Source: Planctomycetia bacterium
GTDB lineage: Bacteria > Planctomycetota > Planctomycetia > Pirellulales > UBA1268
Direction of reading: 5' to 3'
NCBI GenBank assembly: GCA_046074725.1
Contig: JBJTOU010000200.1
Location: forward strand, 1 to 56,801
DNA length: 56,801 nucleotides
Below the pieces are notes generated by a model. It made no database searches, was not told where the DNA came from, and saw only the letters and a program-made list of their open reading frames with translations. The translations under genes were made by a program, and so were the position numbers. Below are positions 1-7,627 of the stretch, in pieces. Every line of letters begins with the position of its first letter. The stretch's first letter is position 1.

Positions 1-29
1 GATCATCAGGCCTTATCAAGGAGGATGAC

Positions 30-821
30 GTGGCGAATCAGACGTCCCAGCTGTCGGCCGAAGAAGTGCTCGAGATCTGGAAGCGGTTCAAGACCGACCA
101 GTCGAACGAGGACCTGCGCAACCGGCTGATCGAGGTCTACCTGCCGCCGGTCCGCTACAACGGCGAACGGATCTGGTCGCGTCTGCCCGAGGGGGTCGAG
201 CTCGACGATTTGGTCTCGGCCGGGACGTTCGGCCTGATGGACGCCATCGACGCCTTCGACATGAGCCGGGGCGTGAAGTTCGAGACGTACTGCGTGCCGC
301 GGATCCGCGGTGCGATGCTCGACGAACTGCGCACGATGGACTGGGTGCCGCGGCTCGTCCGCTCCAAGGCGAGCAAGCTCAACGAGGCCGTCAAGACGCT
401 TGAAGCCAAGCTCGGGCGGGCTCCGGCGGATGCCGAGGTCGCGGAGCACATGGGCCTCTCGCACGAGGAATTCGAAAAACTGCTCATCGACGCGAATGCG
501 GTGAGCCTGGTGAGCCTCAACAAGAAGTGGTGCGAGACCGACAGCTCCAAGGACGTGCGAGAAATCGACATCCTGGAAGACAAGAAGGGTGATGATCCCA
601 CCCGCCGGATTCAAAAGGCCGACCTCATGCGGCTGGTCACCAAGGGGCTCAACCGCAACGAACGGCTGATCATCATCCTGTACTACTACGAGGAACTCAC
701 GATGAAGGAGATCGGCGCCACGCTCGACCTCTCCGAAAGCCGCGTCAGCCAGATGCATTCCGCGATCGTCGAGCGGCTACAGAACCAGCTCGAACGGCGG
801 CGCCCGGAATTCGCGATGTAA
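30..821 (+). CDS. fliA: RNA polymerase sigma-28 factor (FliA/WhiG family)
   Basis: Sigma regions DLVSAGTFGLMDAI, KFETYCVPRIRGAMLDELR..DWVPR and YYEELTMKEIGATLDLSESRVSQMH. GTG start with SD AAGGAGG upstream. Confidence 0.95.
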   Translation: MANQTSQLSAEEVLEIWKRFKTDQSNEDLRNRLIEVYLPPVRYNGERIWSRLPEGVELDDLVSAGTFGLMDAIDAFDMSRGVKFETYCVPRIRGAMLDELRTMDWVPRLVRSKASKLNEAVKTLEAKLGRAPADAEVAEHMGLSHEEFEKLLIDANAVSLVSLNKKWCETDSSKDVREIDILEDKKGDDPTRRIQKADLMRLVTKGLNRNERLIIILYYYEELTMKEIGATLDLSESRVSQMHSAIVERLQNQLERRRPEFAM

Positions 822-843
822 CGATCCAGGACCGCGCACCATG

Positions 844-861
844 GCAGGCTGGGCAGCCTGC
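844..861. other. GC hairpin directly downstream of fliA (GCAGGCT-gggc-AGCCTGC)
   Basis: Perfect 7-bp inverted repeat. There is no + strand U-tract, so a terminator role is uncertain. Confidence 0.4.
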
Positions 862-911
862 GAAGGATACAGGCCCGGAAAACAGGAAAAACTGGAACGA
901 AAAAAATCGGA

Positions 912-940
912 TCAAGAGTGCTGGCCGTCCCTGCCGATGA
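912..940 (+). promoter_or_regulatory. Putative sigma-28 promoter for flgM (TCAAG-N16-GCCGATGA)
   Basis: The -10 GCCGATGA matches the FliA consensus GCCGATAA and TCAAG resembles the -35, upstream of flgM. The spacer is about 2 nt longer than canonical. Confidence 0.5.
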
Positions 941-1119
941 GGATCGGATGGAGGCGGCGCATGATTCGGAGACTGGAGTCGCCGGATCGCGAGACCGCGG
1001 CAACAATGGAAAGGAAGACTTCGGGCGATTTCGAGCGAACCCTTCGACGGCCGGCTTCGTAGAGCCGGATACCAACGGGGGACGACGGAACCACACGACT
1101 GTCTGCAAGGAGATCAACG

Positions 1120-1407
1120 ATGAACATTTGGGGTGTCACTTCAACGCATGGGTCGCAGGGCGTGAACGCCGTCAAGGGCGTGGAGGCTGCACAGGCCGCC
1201 GCGGAGACGGCCGCCAACCAGGGCGTGTCCGAGGTGCGTGATGCGGTCACGCTGTCGGTCGATGCCGTCAGGGCCGCCGATGCTACCTCCGACATCCGCT
1301 TCGACCGTGTCAACGCGATCCGCGCGGCGATTGCCGACGGCTCGTACGAGACGCCTGAGAAACTCGACCTCGCCCTTGACCGACTGCTCGAGCGGTTGGG
1401 CGGGTAA
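1120..1407 (+). CDS. flgM: Anti-sigma-28 factor FlgM
   Basis: 95 aa with DAVTLS and DIRFDRVNAIRAAIADGSYE (FlgM C-terminal motif). SD AAGGAG; adjacent to fliA. Confidence 0.9.
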   Translation: MNIWGVTSTHGSQGVNAVKGVEAAQAAAETAANQGVSEVRDAVTLSVDAVRAADATSDIRFDRVNAIRAAIADGSYETPEKLDLALDRLLERLGG

Positions 1408-1501
1408 GCTTCACGCCCGCGGTGCCATCCATGGCCACCGCGGGCTTGAGGCCTGCGCGACAACAGGTCGCTGCGGCCTAAAGGCCCGCCATCCAGGCGG
1501 G
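1408..1501 (-). repeat. Two hairpins that display GGA loops on the minus strand (CCA-UGGA-UGG and CCCGCC-UGGAU-GGCGGG)
   Basis: Stems GCCCGCGGTG/CACCGCGGGC (1415-1445) and CCCGCC/GGCGGG (1485-1501). The loops read TGGA/TGGAT on the minus strand. Confidence 0.65.
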
Positions 1502-1527
1502 ATGTTCACGCCCTGGGCTGAATCAGG

Positions 1528-1677
1528 TCACGGGAGGGGGTGCCCATGCCCCAGGAGCCGGCGTATGCAGACAAGCGAAGCAAGGATTGCGGAGCGCGGT
1601 CTGCATCCGAGTGAGCGAAGGACAGGATGTCCGGAGTGAACGTCCGGCGATGGGGCGTGGGCAGCCCCGACCCGCGA
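1528..1677 (+). ncRNA. Structured dispersed element, copy 1 (double GGA-hairpin multi-stem motif)
   Basis: Long terminal stem, inner stem ATGCAGAC/GTCTGCAT, hairpins GCA-AGGAT-TGC and GGAC-AGGAT-GTCC. Homologous to the copies at 24577 and 30921. Confidence 0.7.
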
Positions 1678-1724
1678 GACGGGCAGCTTCCGTTGAGACC
1701 CCTCAAAAACTGCAAAAGTCGAAT

Positions 1725-2312
1725 CTAGCCGGATTGTGACCTCTTGAGTCGCTCGACCTCGGCCTCGAGCGATTCGACCCGCTGCTCGAGCTCCTCGAAT
1801 CGCGCCTTGGCTTTTTCAAGCCGCTCCCTCATCTCCTCGCGGGCATGCTGCATCCGCTGATGCATCATCTCGCGCATCTCCGGAGGCATCCCACCTCGCA
1901 TGCCGTCCGGTGGGCCGCCCCACTCCGGCCGCTCGCCGTGATGCGGGCGATGGGGGGGGCCGCCGTGATGATCGCCCCTCGGTGGCCCGCTCTCGCCCCT
2001 CGGGGGCCCGCTCTCGCCCCTCGGGGGCCCGCCCTCGCCCCTTGGGGGCCGGCCCTCGCCCCTTGGGGGCCGGCCCTCGTGCGGCCCGTCCCCCCGGTCG
2101 CCGTGGGGCGGACCTTCGCGGCCCATCCGCCCATCCAGCCGGTTGAGTAGACGATCGAGTTTGTCGGCCAAGCGATCGATCTTATCGCCGATATCGGCCG
2201 GCCGCGTGTACGAAGGCTCTTCCGAGGCCGTCACCATGTTGACCCGGCCGATCACCGCGATCAGGCCGATGCCACAGGCGGCCACGGCCAGCCATTGTGC
2301 GAGACGTTTCAT
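1725..2312 (-). CDS. Exported or membrane-anchored hypothetical protein with Gly/Pro/Arg-rich repeats and C-terminal coiled coil
   Basis: Start re-called at MKRLAQWLAVAACGIG (SD CAGGAG). Hydrophobic N-terminus, low-complexity centre, coiled-coil-like C-terminus. Confidence 0.75.
   Translation of the reverse strand: MKRLAQWLAVAACGIGLIAVIGRVNMVTASEEPSYTRPADIGDKIDRLADKLDRLLNRLDGRMGREGPPHGDRGDGPHEGRPPRGEGRPPRGEGGPPRGESGPPRGESGPPRGDHHGGPPHRPHHGERPEWGGPPDGMRGGMPPEMREMMHQRMQHAREEMRERLEKAKARFEELEQRVESLEAEVERLKRSQSG
1972..2076. repeat. Intragenic 21-bp tandem repeat x5 (TCGCCCCTYGGGGGCCSGCYC)
   Basis: Five near-identical adjacent units encoding E(G/S)(R/G)PPRG heptads on the minus strand. Confidence 0.9.
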
Positions 2313-2370
2313 GGGAATCTCCTGGAGGGGAACGTATTCTGACACCGATAGAAACGCCCCTGCGACCATA

Positions 2371-3261
2371 ATGTTTCGCGACCCGTCGCTCGTCGATTTC
2401 GGCTCCGACGCCTCCGCCCGAGGAGGCGGCCAGGGCCGGCGGCTGGAGTTGCTGGGCGGCATCCTCGTCGACCGGCCGCTCGCCCACGACGGCATGCCGC
2501 CACGGGGGATGCCTGAGCAGTGGCGGGCCGCCGGCGCGACCTTCGTCGATTCCGGCGGTGGCTGGACGTTTGCCTCCCCACCTCCCGACCCATGGCGGGT
2601 GCGGGTGCCGCTGGAAGAAACCGCCGCTGCGAAGGCGATTGAGCTGGAGGTTCGACCGGCGCCGTCCGGCCAGACGGGCCTGTTCCTCGAGCAGGTGCCG
2701 CAGTGGCGTTGGCTCTTTGAATCGACGCCATCCGGTGCCCGCGTGCTCTCGCTCTTCGCCCACTCAGGCGCCGCCACGCTCGCCCTCACGGCCGCCGGTG
2801 CGGAAGTGACCCATGTCGATGCCTCGAAGCAGGCGACGGCGATGGCCCGTCGGAATGCCGTCGCCTCAGACCTCGATGCCGCCCCGATCCGCTGGATCTG
2901 CGATGATGCGCGTGCCTTCGTGGCCCGCGAAGTGCGTCGGGGCACGGCCTATGACGGCGTGGTGCTCGATCCACCCTCGTGGGGCCACGGATCGAAGGGA
3001 CAGGCGTTTTCCATCGACCGCGATCTGCTGCCACTGCTGGAAGGGATCGGCCTGCTGCTCGCTTCGGCCAGTCGAACGACGGGCATCGGGCCGGTGCTGC
3101 TCACCTGCCACTCGCCCGGCTGGCATCATCGCCGCCTCCACGACACACTGACTGCGACGCTCGGCTTCGACCGATGTGAGTCGGGCCGACTCACCTGCAC
3201 CGATGCCTCGGGCCGGTCGCTCGCCCTGGGCGACTACGCGCGGCACACCCACCCTCGATGA
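2371..3261 (+). CDS. Class I SAM-dependent methyltransferase (RlmI/RlmK-like)
   Basis: QTGLFLEQ, VLSLFAHSG, VTHVDAS and YDGVVLDPPSWG motifs. Confidence 0.85.
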   Translation: MFRDPSLVDFGSDASARGGGQGRRLELLGGILVDRPLAHDGMPPRGMPEQWRAAGATFVDSGGGWTFASPPPDPWRVRVPLEETAAAKAIELEVRPAPSGQTGLFLEQVPQWRWLFESTPSGARVLSLFAHSGAATLALTAAGAEVTHVDASKQATAMARRNAVASDLDAAPIRWICDDARAFVAREVRRGTAYDGVVLDPPSWGHGSKGQAFSIDRDLLPLLEGIGLLLASASRTTGIGPVLLTCHSPGWHHRRLHDTLTATLGFDRCESGRLTCTDASGRSLALGDYARHTHPR

Positions 3262-4100
3262 CGCACTCCGAACGGATCACGAGCCCTTCCAATCCACGGG
3301 TGCGGGGAGCGGCGAGACTGCGCGAGGCCGATGCACGCCGGGAGTCGGGGCTCACGCTCGTCGATGGCCGCCGCGAACTCTCGCGGGCGTTCGCCGCCGG
3401 CATCGAGGTCGTCGACATCTTTCTCGATGGCGACAGCGGCGACGATGCCGAACGCGAACCATGGCTCGACGACTGTGCGGCTCGCGGAGCGCGGGTCGTG
3501 GAAGTCCCGCGGAATGTGTTTGAAAAAATCGCCTTCGGCAGCCGCAACGAAGGGCTGGTGGGAGTGGTGCGGTTCGCGGCCCAGCCGCTCGACGGCTTTC
3601 GGGCGGCGGCAGGCCGACCGGTGCTCGTGGCCGAGGGCGTCGAGAAGCCGGGCAACCTCGGGGCCATCCTGCGCACCGCCGATGCCGCTGGCATCGCGGG
3701 CGTGATCGCCTGCGGCCCCGGCACCGATCCGGCCAATCCCGCCTGCATCCGCGCAAGCCTCGGCGCCGTGTTCAGTGTTCCGCTGGCCGTCGCGACATCG
3801 GAGGCCGCGATCGACTGGTGCCACGACCAGAGACGCCGCGTGATGGCCGCGGTCCCCGATGGCGACACGCTCTGGCACGAATCGACGCTCTCGGGCGACA
3901 CCGCGATCGTGCTCGGCAGCGAGGCACACGGCCTCTCCACCCTGTGGCGCGAAGCGGCGGCAGCGGGGCGGATCTCACTGCATACCGTCCGATTGCCGAT
4001 GCTTGGCATCACCGACAGCCTGAACGTCTCGGTCACGGCGGCCATCCTGTCCTACGAAGCCCTGCGGCAGGGCACCCATCGATCGCCGGAAACGCCATGA
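3258..4100 (+). CDS. TrmH/SpoU family RNA 2'-O-methyltransferase
   Basis: [26 protein letters not shown] and [19 protein letters not shown] motifs. ATGA overlap with the upstream gene. Confidence 0.93.
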   Translation: MTHSERITSPSNPRVRGAARLREADARRESGLTLVDGRRELSRAFAAGIEVVDIFLDGDSGDDAEREPWLDDCAARGARVVEVPRNVFEKIAFGSRNEGLVGVVRFAAQPLDGFRAAAGRPVLVAEGVEKPGNLGAILRTADAAGIAGVIACGPGTDPANPACIRASLGAVFSVPLAVATSEAAIDWCHDQRRRVMAAVPDGDTLWHESTLSGDTAIVLGSEAHGLSTLWREAAAAGRISLHTVRLPMLGITDSLNVSVTAAILSYEALRQGTHRSPETP

Positions 4101-4189
4101 CCGTGGAGTCGGCGGGCCATCGAGCCCCAGACAGCCCGTCGCCGACAGAAATCTGCAGGAATACGATGCCCTTCCGAGGAGATCCCGCG

Positions 4190-4837
4190 ATGGAGCAACG
4201 AACGACCCACGACCGCAAGGAATACCTTCATGGCTCGCTCGACGAGGCCTCCGTCGATCGCGACCCCATCGGTCAGTTCGCCGCCTGGTACGACGCGGCC
4301 CGCGCCGCGGGCGTGCCGGAGCCCGAGGCGATGACACTCTCCACGGCGACGTGCGACGGACAGCCCTCGGCCCGGATCGTGCTCCTCCGCAGTTTCGATG
4401 CCCGTGGCTTCTGCTTCTTCACCAACTACGACAGCCGCAAGGGGCGGGAACTGGAGGCGAACCCACTCGCCGCCCTCACCTTCCACTGGGCTGAACTCGA
4501 ACGGCAGGTCCGCATCGAGGGCCGCGTGGAGAAGACGAGCGCAGCCGAGAGCGACGCCTACTTCCAGAGCCGCCCGCGTGGCTCGCGGATCGGTGCCTGG
4601 AGTTCACCGCAGAGCGCGGTGCTCCCCGACCGGCATGCGCTCGAGGATCTCTTCGCCAGGTTCCATGCCGAACATCCCGACGACACCGCGATCCCGCGAC
4701 CGGATCACTGGGGCGGCTACCGGCTCGTGCCTGAGCGAATCGAATTCTGGCAAGGCCGCCCCAGCCGCCTTCACGACCGGCTGCGATTCCGCCGCGGCGC
4801 TGATGGTGGGTGGGCGATCGAGCGACTGGCCCCCTGA
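4190..4837 (+). CDS. pdxH: Pyridoxamine 5'-phosphate oxidase
   Basis: [38 protein letters not shown] and [21 protein letters not shown]. Confidence 0.96.
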   Translation: MEQRTTHDRKEYLHGSLDEASVDRDPIGQFAAWYDAARAAGVPEPEAMTLSTATCDGQPSARIVLLRSFDARGFCFFTNYDSRKGRELEANPLAALTFHWAELERQVRIEGRVEKTSAAESDAYFQSRPRGSRIGAWSSPQSAVLPDRHALEDLFARFHAEHPDDTAIPRPDHWGGYRLVPERIEFWQGRPSRLHDRLRFRRGADGGWAIERLAP

Positions 4838-4946
4838 ATTCGGCCAGATCGCGGCGGTCATCGGACGGCTCAGCCCATCTTGACGCTGGCCGCCGATCTC
4901 TTCATTGTTCCGCGGATTTCTTCCCGCTTTCGAGGATCGACCCGCC

Positions 4947-6428
4947 ATGCCGACAGCGAGGCCGATTGCTTCCGCGCTGATCACCGCCGCCATCTGCGCC
5001 GCCGCATGCGCCGCGGAGCATGAAGCCGCTCGGCTGCCATGCACCGTTCCGGTCGTTCGTGACCACGCCTATCTGCGGGCGGGACCGAGCGACGATTTCT
5101 ACCCGACGGAGCGGCTCGTGCGCGGCGACACGCTCGAGGTGTGGGCCATCGATCCGGCCGGCTTCTGCGCCGTACGTCCCGTGACTGGCAGTTTCAGCTG
5201 GATGCGGGCCGACGACCTCGCCGACGGCTCGGTGTTTCGGGATACGGCCGACGGACGCCGCATCCCGACAGGACGGTTCACCGGCGTCGTGGCCACCGAC
5301 GGGGCCGTCTCGCGTGTCGGCTCGCAGCTCAATGATCTCCGTCACGTCGCCCAAGTTCGGCTGGAGGCAGGCGAGCGGGTGCAGGTGCTCGAGACGGTGA
5401 CGATTGACGCCGGCAGACATGCCGGACATTGGGCGAGAATCGAACCACCATCGGGAGAATATCGTTGGGCGCGGGCGACCGACCTCGGTCTCCCGCCGGA
5501 ACTCGCGCCACCACCGCCCGTGGCACCGCCGTCGGAAGCCGAGACGGCCGCCGCCGCAGCCGAGGCCACGGCGGCGATTCGTGAAGCTGGCGATGCCGTG
5601 GCGAGGGTCATCGCCACCGCGGGCGAGGCCGCCCCACACGCGTCGGGCGAAAGCACGCCGTCCACCGACACCGCTCCGCCGCAGCCGCTCGGCGCGGTGC
5701 CGATGGCGAAGCGTCTCTTCGCCGGCTGGCTGCCGCTTGGCAGCGGCGTACTCGACCCGACGACCCCCGCCGCCCCGGTCGCCGTGAGCACCGGCGCAGT
5801 GGCGGCGTCGGCCCATGAACTGGCCGACATCGATCTGTCGCTTTCGCTGGCGGTCGCCGGTCCGAGCGATGCCTGGAACCTCGAGCCGCTTCGTGAGCGG
5901 CTGCGACTGGCCGCGGCCCGGACCACCACGCAGGAGGAGCGAATGCGGGCCGAGGCGATCGATGCCCGGCTCTCGCGGTTCGAATCGATCCAGGCCCGGC
6001 AGCGGGCCATCGCCTCGGGGGGCGAAAGTGACCCGTCAATGTTGCGGCTGGGCAGCATGTGGTCGAGCATGTCGACGATCGGATCGCGTCCGATCCGTCC
6101 CGGCGTGCTTCCGGGCGGCGCCCCTGCGGACGGTCAGCCAACCTGGACCCCGCCGGAAGCCATGGAGGCGACCGGCCGGCTTGCGACCGTCGTGTCGCGA
6201 CGGCCCGACGCCCCGCGGTGGGCCGTCGTCGATGAGAGCAACAACGTCGTCGCATTCGTCACGCCCTCGCCCGGCGTGAACCTCGCGCCCCTGGTGGGCC
6301 AACAGGTCGCCGTGCGCGGCGCGAAAGGCTACATGCCCGAGTACAAGCGTCCCTACATGGTCGCCTCCGAAGCGCGGCCTCGCTTGGCTGCCACGCCACC
6401 CGCAGCCAACGACGCCATCCGGCAGTGA
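4947..6428 (+). CDS. Secreted protein with N-terminal SH3b-like domains
   Basis: Signal peptide, YLRAGPSDDFYPTERLVRGDTLEV and a second WARIEPP SH3-like segment, Pro/Ala linker. Confidence 0.7.
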   Translation: MPTARPIASALITAAICAAACAAEHEAARLPCTVPVVRDHAYLRAGPSDDFYPTERLVRGDTLEVWAIDPAGFCAVRPVTGSFSWMRADDLADGSVFRDTADGRRIPTGRFTGVVATDGAVSRVGSQLNDLRHVAQVRLEAGERVQVLETVTIDAGRHAGHWARIEPPSGEYRWARATDLGLPPELAPPPPVAPPSEAETAAAAAEATAAIREAGDAVARVIATAGEAAPHASGESTPSTDTAPPQPLGAVPMAKRLFAGWLPLGSGVLDPTTPAAPVAVSTGAVAASAHELADIDLSLSLAVAGPSDAWNLEPLRERLRLAAARTTTQEERMRAEAIDARLSRFESIQARQRAIASGGESDPSMLRLGSMWSSMSTIGSRPIRPGVLPGGAPADGQPTWTPPEAMEATGRLATVVSRRPDAPRWAVVDESNNVVAFVTPSPGVNLAPLVGQQVAVRGAKGYMPEYKRPYMVASEARPRLAATPPAANDAIRQ

Positions 6429-6479
6429 TGCCTCGCGAAAGTCGGCGACCCGACACGATAGACGGTAACCCGCGGCGTG

Positions 6480-7385
6480 CTACCGTGCCGCCGGCTGCCA
6501 CCGGGCGGCGAGTTCGGTCTGCACCGTGACATCGTCGCCGGCAGCGGCCCGTTGGACCCCTCCCTCGCCGATGCTCCGAGCAATGTCGGCGAGAGACTGT
6601 TTGTCGCCCGGCGCGGTCCGCGGCAGCCTTCCGGCCAGCCGGGCGACGCCATCTGGGTTGGCCTCGGCGGCCCTCGACAGGCTCGCCATGAAGATGCATA
6701 TCTCGCTGAAATTCGACGCCGCGGAGCGGACGATCAACGGCTGGAGCGTGCGAGTGACGACCTCCAGCCCGACGCCATCCATGTCGAGGAAGGCGTCGAT
6801 GTCGATCCGCTGGAGCGCACGGCCATCGGCCGCAGAGCCGGCGGGTGTGTGCCTGACGAGCAGCACGCACGACCCGGTAAGCATGCGAGGCGAGAGCGGA
6901 CCGGTATAGGCGCCGCGGCCATGGAAGACAAGCGTGCCACGGCGGCCATCGTGCTCGTGATGCACAAGCCGCAGGACGCCGACCGTGCCGTAGCCGTCGT
7001 CGAGTCGCCATTGTTGCGGACCCACGGGGTCGAGCGAGAGGCGGCTGATGCCGAGCACCCGCCACAGATCGACGATCGCCTCGGGGTTGTGCAGTGAGAA
7101 GGCGAGCAGGTCGCCATCGCACGGAAATGTCTTCGTCGGCAGGTGCCGGTAGAGCGTCGTCGTCTGGAGGCATTTTTCCACGGTGTGCCGCTGCGCGGCA
7201 TTCATGCGTTCCAGCGGCATCGCCTCGATCGCCGCCCGGCGGGCATCGCGCCCCGACGAACCGCCATCGGACATGAGCGCCGCGACGGAACCTGCCGAGA
7301 TCTCCTGCTCCGCGGCCCGGCCATCGATCGCCAAGCACAGGATCCCGATGCCGGCAGCCACGGCCGGCCACATACGAAACGTCAT
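6480..7385 (-). CDS. Secreted hypothetical protein
   Basis: Signal-like N-terminus (MWPAVAAGIGILCLA), globular composition, fills the gap between neighbouring genes. Start uncertain. Confidence 0.7.
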   Translation of the reverse strand: MTFRMWPAVAAGIGILCLAIDGRAAEQEISAGSVAALMSDGGSSGRDARRAAIEAMPLERMNAAQRHTVEKCLQTTTLYRHLPTKTFPCDGDLLAFSLHNPEAIVDLWRVLGISRLSLDPVGPQQWRLDDGYGTVGVLRLVHHEHDGRRGTLVFHGRGAYTGPLSPRMLTGSCVLLVRHTPAGSAADGRALQRIDIDAFLDMDGVGLEVVTRTLQPLIVRSAASNFSEICIFMASLSRAAEANPDGVARLAGRLPRTAPGDKQSLADIARSIGEGGVQRAAAGDDVTVQTELAARWQPAAR

Positions 7386-7627
7386 AGAGAAAGCCCCCCG
7401 GATCGACACCCCTCACCGGCGGCCCATCGGGGTGCCGGCTGGGAAGGTTTTTCGGCGCGTGCGGGATGCTCGGGCCAGTCATTTCCGTCAGGTTTTCCTG
7501 GCACCCCCCCAGACTCCCTCCCTTGCCACGTCTCCTGACAGCGTGGGTTGGCCCCGCTCCGCATGTTTTCTACGATCTCCCCCCCGCGAACGGCCGCCAT
7601 GGAAGGCGGCGCGCGATCGGAAGAGCG

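Noticed and set aside
1972-2076. 21-bp repeats as a possible CRISPR array
   Set aside because: The units are directly adjacent with no spacers, lie in frame within a CDS, and there are no cas genes.
1725-2945. 406-aa version of the minus-strand ORF
   Set aside because: The first ~210 codons are antisense to the methyltransferase; the SD and signal peptide support a start at 2312.
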